In this document: piece by piece, positions 1 through 8,483 of the stretch
How the letters are laid out: each line of letters opens with the position of its first letter
How positions within the stretch are numbered: the stretch's first letter is position 1
Origin: Clostridia bacterium
Lineage (GTDB): Bacteria; Bacillota; Clostridia; Oscillospirales; Acutalibacteraceae
Reading direction: 5' to 3'
Assembly (NCBI GenBank): GCA_017403185.1
Contig: JAFQON010000047.1
Location: 9,253 to 73,252 of the forward strand
DNA: 64,000 bases
The notes under the pieces: model-generated
What the model was told of the DNA's origin: nothing
Databases searched by the model: none
Seen by the model: the letters and a program-made list of their open reading frames with translations, nothing else
Position numbers and translations under genes: made by a program

Positions 1-432
1 TCTTTGCGCATCTTTTTTTGCGGCAACTTCTCGTTTGTCATAGAGTTTTTTGCCTTTGCAAAGTCCGATTTCAACCTTTGCTCTTCCTTTTGAGAAGTAA
101 ACGCTCAGCGGAACGATTGCGAGACCTTCCTGCTTGACCTGAGAATAAAATCTTCTGATTTCTTTTTTGTGAAGCAGCAGCCGTTTGGTCCTCAGCGGGT
201 CTCTGTTGAAAATGTTACCCTGCTCATACGGGCTGATGTGCATTCCGTTGACAAACATTTCGCCGTCTTTGACGAAGCACCAGGAATCCTTCAGATTTAT
301 CTTTCCCTGACGGATTGATTTTACTTCTGTTCCGAACAGCTCAATGCCTGCCTCAAGCTTTTCGAGCACAAAATAGTCGTGGTATGCTTTTTTGTTTTGA
401 GCAATCACTTTGATATTGCTGTTTTTTTCCAT
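1..432 (-). CDS. smpB: SsrA-binding protein SmpB (3' end runs off window)
   Basis: Manual translation MEKNSNIKVIAQNKKAYHDYFVLEKLEAGIELFGTEVKSIRQGK...HISPYEQGNIFNRDPLRTKRLLLHKKEI...GKKLYDKRE is the SmpB signature; not in ORF track because truncated. Confidence 0.97.
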   Translation of the reverse strand, partial: MEKNSNIKVIAQNKKAYHDYFVLEKLEAGIELFGTEVKSIRQGKINLKDSWCFVKDGEMFVNGMHISPYEQGNIFNRDPLRTKRLLLHKKEIRRFYSQVKQEGLAIVPLSVYFSKGRAKVEIGLCKGKKLYDKREVAAKKDAQR

Positions 433-456
433 TTTCTGCACCTTTCACGGATTGCG

Positions 457-486
457 ATTATACCACACACTAAATAAGTGTGTCAA
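457..486 (-). promoter_or_regulatory. sigma-A promoter of smpB
   Basis: Minus strand TTGACA-18nt-TATAAT with extended TG, 24 nt upstream of the ATG. Confidence 0.8.
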
Positions 487-516
487 TATGTGTTTTTTGT
501 TGCATTAAAATTAAAA

Positions 517-942
517 TTATTTTTTGGAGCCGTAAACACGCTTTTTGGCGTAAAAATCCTTCTTCTTTTTCTTTTCTTCGGCTTCACGCTTTGCAGCTGC
601 GGCTCTTTTTGCCTTGACCTTTGAGAGGGGCTTGCCCTTCTTGGCGGGCTTCTTTTTCTTCTCTTCTTTATCCTTGTCGGGATTTTCTTTGTAGAAAACT
701 ATGCTGCCGCCCACAACCTGCACAACCTCGCTGCCGGTGGCCTGTGCAAGCTTATCGGCAAATTCTCTGGGAGTTTCGGGTGCGCTTTCAAGAAGCACCT
801 TAAGCTTTATGAGCTCTCTTTTTCTGAGAGCATCTGCCGTCTGCTCAACAAGAGCCTCTGATATGCCGCCTTTTCCGATCTGAAAAAGAGGCTCAAGAGT
901 ATTTGCCTGTGCTCTGAGCTGAGCTCTTTCTTTACTTGTCAT
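517..942 (-). CDS. yhbY: YhbY/CRM-family RNA-binding protein with Lys-rich tail
   Basis: MTSKERAQLRAQANTLEPLFQIGKGG...RELIKLKVL...VQVVG; start trimmed to ATG at 942. Confidence 0.92.
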   Translation of the reverse strand: MTSKERAQLRAQANTLEPLFQIGKGGISEALVEQTADALRKRELIKLKVLLESAPETPREFADKLAQATGSEVVQVVGGSIVFYKENPDKDKEEKKKKPAKKGKPLSKVKAKRAAAAKREAEEKKKKKDFYAKKRVYGSKK

Positions 943-1534
943 TTTTTGCCTCCTCAATCTGCTTTGCGAGCAGTCGCACGGATTTGCCCCTGTGGCTGAT
1001 TGCATCTTTTTCTTCAGCGGTGAGCTGAGCCATTGTTTTTTCTCCGCCGTATTCAACGGGGAAAAAGAGGGGGTCGTAGCCGAAGCCGCCCGTGCCGATT
1101 TCTTCATAGCCGATGAAGCCTCTGCATTCGCCTCTTGCGATAAGCTTTGTGCCGTCGGGGTAAACGCAGCACGCAACGCTCACATAGGCGGCTCCTCTTT
1201 CTGCATCCTCGACACCGTCAAGCTCACGAAGGAGTTTTTTGTTGTTGGCATCATCGTCGCCGCCCGAATATCTTGCGGAGTAAACACCGGGTGCGCCGCC
1301 GAGATAATCAACGGCAATTCCCGAATCATCCGCAATGCAGGGCATACCGCTGTCTCTGCAGCCGCTTTCGGCCTTGATGAAAGCGTTTTCTTCAAAGGTG
1401 GTGCCTGTTTCCTCTGCATCGGTCAGCTCAACGCCTGCTTCCTCCGCAAGGAGCACTCTGATGCCGAGAGGCGCAAGAATGCGCTGCATCTCGTCTCTCT
1501 TTTTAAGGTTATGTGTTGCAATGATATAATCCAT
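932..1534 (-). CDS. rdgB: Non-canonical purine NTP pyrophosphatase (RdgB/HAM1)
   Basis: ATHNLKK, ENAFIKA, ADDSG, GAPGVYSARY, GFGYDPLF, ISHRG motifs. Confidence 0.95.
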   Translation of the reverse strand: MDYIIATHNLKKRDEMQRILAPLGIRVLLAEEAGVELTDAEETGTTFEENAFIKAESGCRDSGMPCIADDSGIAVDYLGGAPGVYSARYSGGDDDANNKKLLRELDGVEDAERGAAYVSVACCVYPDGTKLIARGECRGFIGYEEIGTGGFGYDPLFFPVEYGGEKTMAQLTAEEKDAISHRGKSVRLLAKQIEEAKNDK

Positions 1535-1539
1535 ATATA

Positions 1540-2463
1540 TTATTCCTCGTCTGTGTCTTCTTCAAACAGTCCGTCTGCAAAAGCTTTTGAATTAAAGGGT
1601 CGAAGGTCGTCGATTCCTTCGCCTACGCCGATAAACTTAACGGGCACCTTAAGGTCATTCTTGATTGCAAGCACAACGCCGCCCTTTGCTGTGCCGTCGA
1701 GCTTTGTGAGAATGATACCCGTGATTTCGGCAACATCCTTGAATTCTTTTGCCTGATTAACCGCATTCTGACCCGTTGTTGCGTCGAGCACAAGCAGAAT
1801 TTCACGGTCTGCATAGGGGAGCTGGCGGTCAATTACTCTGTAGATTTTTGCAAGCTCATCCATAAGATTTTTCTTGTTGTGGAGTCTGCCTGCGGTATCG
1901 CAGATGATGATATCCGCATTTCTCGCCTTGCCTGCGGCGATTGTGTCAAACACAACGGCTGCGGGGTCTGCGCCTTCCTTGTGTTTAACGATGTCAACGC
2001 CTGCACGGTCAGCCCAGATTTCAAGCTGGTCGATAGCTGCGGCCCTGAAGGTATCGGCTGCACCGAGAATAACCTTTTTACCCTCTGCCTTGAACATTGC
2101 CGCCATTTTGCCGATTGATGTTGTCTTGCCGACACCGTTGACGCCGATAACAAGAATAACCGACGGCACGGTAATCATATCAAGCTCTTCGCCGCCGCTG
2201 AGAAGCTCTGCAACGATGTTGCGGATTTCTTCCTTAACATGCTTTGCTTTGCGGAGATTCTTCTTGAATACGGAATCCTTGAGCTTTTCAACGATTTCGG
2301 TTGCGGTTGTTACACCGACATCGGACATAACGAGAATCTCTTCAAGCTCCTCGTAAAAATCGTCGTCAATTTCGTTTTTTCCGTAAAGAGCGGCATTGAT
2401 TGCACCGCTCATGCTGTCTCTCGTCTTTTTAAGACCCTTGTTTATTCTTTTGAAAAGTCCCAT
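1540..2463 (-). CDS. ftsY: Signal recognition particle receptor FtsY
   Basis: GVNGVGKTT, DTFRAAA, DTAGR, TKLDGTAKGG. Confidence 0.97.
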   Translation of the reverse strand: MGLFKRINKGLKKTRDSMSGAINAALYGKNEIDDDFYEELEEILVMSDVGVTTATEIVEKLKDSVFKKNLRKAKHVKEEIRNIVAELLSGGEELDMITVPSVILVIGVNGVGKTTSIGKMAAMFKAEGKKVILGAADTFRAAAIDQLEIWADRAGVDIVKHKEGADPAAVVFDTIAAGKARNADIIICDTAGRLHNKKNLMDELAKIYRVIDRQLPYADREILLVLDATTGQNAVNQAKEFKDVAEITGIILTKLDGTAKGGVVLAIKNDLKVPVKFIGVGEGIDDLRPFNSKAFADGLFEEDTDEE

Positions 2464-2497
2464 AGCGTACCTCTATATAATAATGTATATGTTTGTG

Positions 2498-3814
2498 TTA
2501 CTGCTCCTGCACATTTTTTATAATTTTGTCAATTGTTTTTTGCAGTGAGGGGTCGTTTGCGGAATCCTTGGCGATGGTTTCAACGGAATAAAGAATGGTT
2601 GTTCTGTCCCTGCCGCCGAAGTATTCGCTGATTTCCTTCTGAGTAAGGTCTGTAATTTCCCTTACTATGTATATTGCAACCTGCCTTGCCCTTGCGGTCT
2701 TGGCGTCCTTCTTTTTGGAGATGATATCCGCCTGAGGAACACCGAAGGTTCTGGAGGTTTCGGATATGATATTGCTTACGATTGATGAAACAGGCCTGCT
2801 GTCGGTCATGATATCCTTGATTGCATTCTGTGCCATTGCGATGTTGATTGAAGCGCCTTCAATGTTGACAAGTGCATTAATCTTTTTAACCGCACCTTCA
2901 AGCTGACGGATGTTTGCCTTGATTTTTTCGGCAATGAACTGAACAACATCGGGCGGAAGCTCAAGACCGAGAGTATCCGCCTTGCGCTGAATGATCGCCA
3001 TTCTTGTTTCAATATCGGGCGGCTGAATATCGGCGATAAGTCCCCATTCAAAGCGGTTGCGGAGTCTCTCGTCAAGAATTTCGATATCCTTGGGTGCACG
3101 GTCGGAGGCAAGAACAATTTGTTTGCCGTCCTGAGTGAGTGCATTGAAGGTGTGGAAGAACTCCTCCTGAGTGGATTCCTTGCCGGCGATAAACTGAATA
3201 TCGTCAACAAGAAGAACATCGCAATTTCTGTATTTATTATGGATTTCTTTCATTGTTTTCTCTTTGATGCCGTCAACGATAAGGCTCACGAAATCCTCGC
3301 CGCGGGTGAAAATAATATCCGCCTTGGGGTTTTTGCTCTTGATTTCATTGCTTATGGCGCAGAGAAGGTGGGTTTTGCCCAGACCCGAGTTGCCGTAGAT
3401 GAACAGCGGGTTGTATGCTGCACCCGGTGTTGCCGCAACAGCCTGAGCCGCAGCGTGAGCAAATTTATTTGATGAACCTACAACAAAGGTTTCGAATGTG
3501 TTTTTTTCAATGCTCAGCGAAGTGCTGCCCGCACCGCCGTTGGTCTGAGGGGCTGCCGCTGCCTTTGCGGCGTTGGGGTCGATGATGCTTACCTCAACAT
3601 CAAAGCCCATAACCGCCTTGAAGGCTTCCGAAATTTCGCCGATAAATTTTTGCTCGATAATTCTTTTCACAAATTCGCTTGCGGCAATCTCTGCCTTTGC
3701 GCCGTCAAAGCTGACGATTTCAAGGGGTTTGAACCAGATATCGTATATTACTTCGCCGCAGGATGCCTTAAGCCGTTCGCAGACAAGCTGCCACATCTCT
3801 TTAAGAGACTCCAT
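2498..3814 (-). CDS. dnaA: Chromosomal replication initiator DnaA
   Basis: NTFETFVVGSSN, YNPLFIYGNSGLGKTHLL, LLVDDIQF, QEEFFHTFN, NIRQLEGA; ATG 3814 follows GGAGG. Confidence 0.95.
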   Translation of the reverse strand: MESLKEMWQLVCERLKASCGEVIYDIWFKPLEIVSFDGAKAEIAASEFVKRIIEQKFIGEISEAFKAVMGFDVEVSIIDPNAAKAAAAPQTNGGAGSTSLSIEKNTFETFVVGSSNKFAHAAAQAVAATPGAAYNPLFIYGNSGLGKTHLLCAISNEIKSKNPKADIIFTRGEDFVSLIVDGIKEKTMKEIHNKYRNCDVLLVDDIQFIAGKESTQEEFFHTFNALTQDGKQIVLASDRAPKDIEILDERLRNRFEWGLIADIQPPDIETRMAIIQRKADTLGLELPPDVVQFIAEKIKANIRQLEGAVKKINALVNIEGASINIAMAQNAIKDIMTDSRPVSSIVSNIISETSRTFGVPQADIISKKKDAKTARARQVAIYIVREITDLTQKEISEYFGGRDRTTILYSVETIAKDSANDPSLQKTIDKIIKNVQEQ

Positions 3815-3896
3815 ATCTTTCTTTTCCTCCACTTTCAAATTCTATGTTGAAATTTTACGCAGTCTTTCTCATTTTACTGATAATGATACATAATAC

Positions 3897-3925
3897 AGTA
3901 TAGCACAAGGAAATTCATATTTCAA
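3897..3925 (-). promoter_or_regulatory. sigma-A promoter of dnaA
   Basis: Minus strand TTGAAA-17nt-TATACT with extended TG. Confidence 0.65.
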
Positions 3926-3940
3926 GGTTAAACGCAAAAA

Positions 3941-3973
3941 GTTTTCACACATATGTGGAAAACCTGTGCACAA
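3941..3973. promoter_or_regulatory. Cluster of three DnaA-box-like 9-mers
   Basis: gttttcaca (+), tgtggaaaa (=TTTTCCACA on -) and tgtgcacaa (=TTGTGCACA on -) vs consensus TTWTNCACA, in the dnaA-rpmH intergenic region. Confidence 0.6.
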
Positions 3974-4006
3974 ATCGCCGCAAAAACAATTAAATTAAAA
4001 AAATTG

Positions 4007-4036
4007 TTGACATTGGCGGTTGTTTTGTTATATAAT
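4007..4036 (+). promoter_or_regulatory. sigma-A promoter of rpmH operon
   Basis: TTGACA-18nt-TATAAT. Confidence 0.75.
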
Positions 4037-4129
4037 GTGTACTCTGAGGGGTATGCCCCTTGATTTGTTATGCTCAATTTCGGGTCTGAAAAGGCTTGAA
4101 AATACAAAATTGAAACGGAGGTTTGCAAA

Positions 4130-4264
4130 ATGAAGAGAACTTACCAGCCCAAGAAGCGTCATCGCAAGATGGAACACGGCTTCCGCAAGAGAATGGCTGA
4201 CAGAAACGGCCGCAAGGTTCTTGCCCGCCGCAGAGCAAAGGGCAGAAAGCAGCTCACTTATTAA
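4130..4264 (+). CDS. rpmH: 50S ribosomal protein L34
   Basis: [44 protein letters not shown] (44 aa, below ORF-track cutoff); GGAGG RBS. Confidence 0.98.
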   Translation: MKRTYQPKKRHRKMEHGFRKRMADRNGRKVLARRRAKGRKQLTY

Positions 4265-4276
4265 TCCGAAAAGGGA

Positions 4277-4642
4277 TTGGTGAAGATGCAAAGAGCACTT
4301 ACCTTGAAGCAAAACACCGAATTCCACCGTGCCTACGGTCGTGGTAAGGTCAAAGCCTCACCCATGCTCGTGACCTATGCGGTTAAAAACAGAGGTCAGG
4401 GTGTACGTTTAGGTATTACTGCCGCAAAAAAGCTCGGCAGTGCAGTTGAGAGAAACAGATGCCGCCGCATCATAAGGGCGGCATTCTCCTCAATTTATCC
4501 TCATTGCAGCGGTAATTTCGACATAGTTTTTGTTGCAAGGTTCAAAACAAAAAAGCTCAAAAGCAGCGACCTTGTGCCCGTTATGCGTCAGCATTTAACG
4601 GAGCTTGGCGTTGTCAGGGACGGTGCGGGGGCTGATTTTTAA
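4277..4642 (+). CDS. rnpA: RNase P protein component
   Basis: [24 protein letters not shown]; position after rpmH. Confidence 0.95.
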   Translation: MVKMQRALTLKQNTEFHRAYGRGKVKASPMLVTYAVKNRGQGVRLGITAAKKLGSAVERNRCRRIIRAAFSSIYPHCSGNFDIVFVARFKTKKLKSSDLVPVMRQHLTELGVVRDGAGADF

Positions 4643-4881
4643 TGAAAAACTTCCTGCTTTCCGCAATACGCTTTTATCAAAGGCGTATTTCCCCGCTGTT
4701 TCCTCCCAGGTGCAGGTATTATCCGACCTGCTCACACTATGCCGTAGAGGCAATTCAGGTTCACGGAGTAATCCGGGGGACCCTTTTAACTCTATTCAGA
4801 TTAATGAGGTGCAACATACTTTTCCCCGGCGGCTATGATCCGGTGCCGCCAAAAAAGCACCGTAAGTCGGAGGATAAATAA
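4642..4881 (+). CDS. yidD: Membrane protein insertion efficiency factor YidD
   Basis: FYQRRISP...[10 protein letters not shown]...GGYDPVP. Confidence 0.95.
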   Translation: MKNFLLSAIRFYQRRISPLFPPRCRYYPTCSHYAVEAIQVHGVIRGTLLTLFRLMRCNILFPGGYDPVPPKKHRKSEDK

Positions 4882-5936
4882 TGACTTGGTTATATGAAAT
4901 ATTGGGCGTGCCCTTCGGATATGTGCTTAAGTTTCTCTATGAAACGGTAGCATTGCAGAACTATGCCCTTGCTATTATTCTTCTCACGCTGTTTGCGAGA
5001 ATTCTCATGATTCCCACATCAATCAGCCAGCAGAAGGGTATGGCAAAAACGCAGAGAATGCAGGCAAAGCTGCGCAAAATCCAGACAAAGTACGCAGGCA
5101 ACCAGCAGAAAATTCAGGAAGAAACAACTGCTCTCTATCAGCGTGAGGGCTATAATCCTATGGGCGCAGGCTGTGCACCCATGCTTGTTCAGTTCCTTCT
5201 TCTGTTCGGACTTATCGGCGCAATTTATTATCCTCTGAGCCACAGCTTCGGATTTGATGAGGCTGTTATCAAAGACCTCGCATTGGCCATGAGACAGGTT
5301 CCCGAGCTCAGCTCGTTGGTTGAAGGCAAAAAAATCACTGATTTTAATCAGGAAATCTATATTATCGGCAGCATTTCCAAGGGCAATCTTACTTTTGAAT
5401 TCCTCAGCAGTCTTGTTGAGGCGGGCAAAATCAAGATCACATCGGATCTTGCGGTTCTTGAGTCCGCAATTACGGAAATTTCAAAGATTGATTTCAAGCT
5501 TTTCGGGCTTGCACTCGGCGATGTTCCGTGGATTGACGGTATTTACAGAGATGAAGCAGGCAAAATGACGGGTATTAATTTCAAGCTCTGGATTGTTCCC
5601 GTGCTTTCATTCCTCTCAACAATGGCAACAGGTCTTTATTCTCAGATGAAGCAGAAGAAAACAAATCCTGCAGCAGCAAACAATGCCATGATGACGGGCT
5701 GCATGACCTTCGGTATGCCCCTTTTCTCACTTTACTGGGTTATCAATTACCCCATAGGCATCGGCGTTTATTGGATTGCATCCAGCGTATTCGGCTTTAT
5801 TTCAACAGTTATTATCGGCAACATCTACAGCCCCAAGAAGGTTATGGCAAAGCTTATGGTTGACGAAACCGTTGAACGCCGTTCAAAAGAAAACAGCATT
5901 AAACTCGCTGCTGAGATTAAGGAAAAAAAGAACTAA
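4881..5936 (+). CDS. yidC: YidC/Oxa1 membrane protein insertase
   Basis: LYQREGYNPMGAGCAPMLVQ, GIGVYWIAS; synteny. Confidence 0.92.
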   Translation: MTWLYEILGVPFGYVLKFLYETVALQNYALAIILLTLFARILMIPTSISQQKGMAKTQRMQAKLRKIQTKYAGNQQKIQEETTALYQREGYNPMGAGCAPMLVQFLLLFGLIGAIYYPLSHSFGFDEAVIKDLALAMRQVPELSSLVEGKKITDFNQEIYIIGSISKGNLTFEFLSSLVEAGKIKITSDLAVLESAITEISKIDFKLFGLALGDVPWIDGIYRDEAGKMTGINFKLWIVPVLSFLSTMATGLYSQMKQKKTNPAAANNAMMTGCMTFGMPLFSLYWVINYPIGIGVYWIASSVFGFISTVIIGNIYSPKKVMAKLMVDETVERRSKENSIKLAAEIKEKKN

Positions 5937-5958
5937 CACATTCAGGTGGTGAAACATT

Positions 5959-6801
5959 TTGATAAAAGAAGCATTCGGCACAGGTTCTACTATTGACGAA
6001 GCAAAAGATGCTGCTCTCAAGGAGCTTAATGCTCCCGAAGATGCAGATATAAAATATGATGTTATTGAAATGCCCAAGGCAAAGGTTTTCGGTCTTTTCG
6101 GCGGATCGCCCGCTAAGATGAGAGCTTATTATGAGGTTGAGGATGATCCCTTCACAAAGGCAAAGGAATATATTCTCACAATCCTTAAGAGCCTCGGCAT
6201 TGAAGAGGCTGAAATAGAAGTTGAAGCAGACGACGAGGATGTGCGCATCTCAATCAGCTGCGGCGACGATTACGGCTCGGTTATCGGCAGAAGAGGCGAA
6301 ACCCTCGATGCAATTCAGTATCTTACACGCCTTGTTATCAACAGAGGCTATGAGGAATACAAGAGAGTTTCAATCAATGTTGGCAACTACAGAGAGAAGA
6401 GAGAGAATACTCTCAGAGCTCTTGCCCGCAAGAATGCGGCAAAGGTAAGAAAGTACGGCAGAAATGTTGTGCTTGAGCCCATGAATCCCTATGAGAGAAG
6501 AATTATCCACACAACCGTTCAGGAAATTGAAGGCGTTACCTCACACTCAGTAGGCAGCGATGGCGACAGAAAGGTTGTTATCACTCTTGAAGAGGGTGTC
6601 AAACCCACAAACGGCGGCGGTTACAACAACAGAGGCCGCGGCGGCTACAATAAGGGCGGCAGAGGCGGTTACCGCAACGGCGGCAACAGAGGCGGCTACA
6701 GCAGAAGAGAAAGCTCCGATGCTCCCGCAGCACCCGCAAGAGCTCCCCGCTCAGATTCCGCAGGCTCACTCTACGGTAAGATTGAAGTTAATAAAGACTA
6801 A
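5959..6801 (+). CDS. jag: RNA-binding protein Jag/KhpB (EloR)
   Basis: Jag_N, KH (VIGRRGETLDAIQYL), R3H (PMNPYERRIIH). Confidence 0.95.
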   Translation: MIKEAFGTGSTIDEAKDAALKELNAPEDADIKYDVIEMPKAKVFGLFGGSPAKMRAYYEVEDDPFTKAKEYILTILKSLGIEEAEIEVEADDEDVRISISCGDDYGSVIGRRGETLDAIQYLTRLVINRGYEEYKRVSINVGNYREKRENTLRALARKNAAKVRKYGRNVVLEPMNPYERRIIHTTVQEIEGVTSHSVGSDGDRKVVITLEEGVKPTNGGGYNNRGRGGYNKGGRGGYRNGGNRGGYSRRESSDAPAAPARAPRSDSAGSLYGKIEVNKD

Positions 6802-6810
6802 AATTAAATG

Positions 6811-6849
6811 GGCTGTAAAAAAACGCAGGTTTTTTTACAGCCTTTTTTT
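6811..6849. terminator. Bidirectional intrinsic terminator jag/aroQ
   Basis: ggctgtaaaaaaac...gtttttttacagcc followed by a T tract, between convergent genes. Confidence 0.8.
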
Positions 6850-7273
6850 ATCTGTTTATCAAATGGTCAATTGCTCTTAAATATCCGTCAAAGCCGAGCC
6901 CTATAAAGGATTTTTCGCACGCCATGCCTGCATAGGAAATCTGCCTGAAATCTTCTCTTTTCGAAATATCCGAAATGTGCACCTCAACGGCGGGGATTGC
7001 TACCGACTTGAGTGCATCAAGGATTGCAACGCTTGTGTGAGTGTAAGCGGCGGGGTTTATAACTATGCCGTCAAATTTGCCGTAAGCCTGCTGAATTTCA
7101 TCAACGATGCTGCCCTCGTGGTTTGATTGAAAAAGCCTGACTTCAATATCCTTTTCAGCAGCGTAGCCCTCAACGAGAGCGCAGAGGTCTTGGTATGTGT
7201 TGCTGCCGTAAATTCCTGGCTCACGGATACCGAGCATATTGATGTTAGGGCCGTTTATTACAAGGATACGCAT
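6848..7273 (-). CDS. aroQ: Type II 3-dehydroquinate dehydratase
   Basis: NGPNINMLGIREPGIYG, QSNHEG, INPAAYTHTS, VEVHIS. Confidence 0.96.
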   Translation of the reverse strand: MRILVINGPNINMLGIREPGIYGSNTYQDLCALVEGYAAEKDIEVRLFQSNHEGSIVDEIQQAYGKFDGIVINPAAYTHTSVAILDALKSVAIPAVEVHISDISKREDFRQISYAGMACEKSFIGLGFDGYLRAIDHLINR

Positions 7274-8481
7274 GATAAAATCCTCCTTACCGTTATTTCG
7301 GGGTCGCCGTCAACCTCAACGGTGAAGTCGGCGGTTTCGATATATAAGGGCAGACGCTCCGACAGCATTTTTTGCAGTGCTTCAGCATTTTTTGAGAGGG
7401 GTCTGCCGTCTGTTGCAAGGGAATCCACGGGGGCTTTGAGAAAAATCACCGTTGAATTTTCTCTTAAAGCAATGCGGTTTTCTTCACGCAGAATCGCACC
7501 GCCGCCCGTTGCAATTATTTTGCCTGCAAGCTTGCCCGCTGAGCGGACAGCTGCGGTTTCACGGCTGCGGAATTCATCTTCGCCGTATTTTGCAAAGATA
7601 TCGGGGATTTTTTCTCCCGAAGCCTCAACCACAAGAGCATCTGTATCAACACATTCTCTGCCGGTTTTTTGCGAAAGCAGAGCGGCGCAGGTGGATTTGC
7701 CGCAGCCGGGCATTCCGACAAGCACAATGTTTTTCTGCTCCGCAATAATTGCATCGTAGATTTCGTCAATGCGGGAAAGCGGAATGCTTTCGCCCGTGAA
7801 AATTTCGGCGGCACGGAGTGCCTGAGCAACGAGCATATAAAGCCCGTTTATGCAGTCGATGCCGAGTCTCTGAGCATCAAGCAGAAAAACTGTTCTTGCA
7901 GGGTTATAAATAAGGTCAAGAGCCTTTTTGCATTTTGTGAATTTTGAAAGATCAATCAGCCTTTCACCGTTGTTGGGGTACATTCCCACAGGCGTTGTGT
8001 TGACAATGATATCCGCATCATAATGGCGGCTGATGTTTTCGTAGTTATTCTCGCCTGAGCGTGAAACAACAACGATTTCCCTTGCTCCTTCGTCACGGGC
8101 AACATGACAAACCGTGAGGCTTGCACCGCCCGAGCCGAGAATGAGCAGTTTTTTGCCTTCGAAGTCGCAGCCGCACTTTTTCGCCATATAGAGAAAGCCG
8201 AAATAATCCGTGTTGTCGCCGTAAAGCGAGCCGTCGCTGCGGCGGATAATCGTGTTCACGCTGCCCACTTTTTCGGCGGTTTCGGAGCGCTCGTCGCAAC
8301 GGTTGAAAGCCTCGATTTTATAAGGAATGGTTATATTGAAGCCTCTGAGAGAGGTATCGGCAAAGAAATCATCAAGTTTTTCGGGCTCTGTGGGGTATAG
8401 CTTGTATTCATAGCCGCACAGATGCGAATGTATCTGCGGTGAAAGCGAGTGACCGAGCTTTCTGCCTAAAAGACCGTACAT
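7258..8481 (-). CDS. aroE: Fused shikimate dehydrogenase / shikimate kinase (AroE-AroK)
   Basis: N-term HSLSPQIH, NITIPYK, NTDYFGF, GSGGA; C-term GMPGCGKST, ATGGG, RPL. Confidence 0.92.
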   Translation of the reverse strand: MYGLLGRKLGHSLSPQIHSHLCGYEYKLYPTEPEKLDDFFADTSLRGFNITIPYKIEAFNRCDERSETAEKVGSVNTIIRRSDGSLYGDNTDYFGFLYMAKKCGCDFEGKKLLILGSGGASLTVCHVARDEGAREIVVVSRSGENNYENISRHYDADIIVNTTPVGMYPNNGERLIDLSKFTKCKKALDLIYNPARTVFLLDAQRLGIDCINGLYMLVAQALRAAEIFTGESIPLSRIDEIYDAIIAEQKNIVLVGMPGCGKSTCAALLSQKTGRECVDTDALVVEASGEKIPDIFAKYGEDEFRSRETAAVRSAGKLAGKIIATGGGAILREENRIALRENSTVIFLKAPVDSLATDGRPLSKNAEALQKMLSERLPLYIETADFTVEVDGDPEITVRRILSCVSL

Positions 8482-8483
8482 AA

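Noticed and set aside
943-1176. N-terminal extension of the 219-aa ORF 517..1176
   Set aside because: It overlaps rdgB out of frame; YhbY similarity starts at the ATG at 942.
992-1756. 254-aa plus-strand ORF
   Set aside because: Antisense shadow of rdgB/ftsY with no recognisable motif.
3928-4327. Short minus-strand ORFs in the dnaA-rpmH region
   Set aside because: They overlap promoters, DnaA boxes and rpmH on the opposite strand.
6610-6705. GGC-rich repeats at the end of jag
   Set aside because: RGG/YNN low-complexity protein tail, not a DNA-level element.
7258-8481. AroE-AroK fusion as a novelty
   Set aside because: This fusion is already known in Clostridia.
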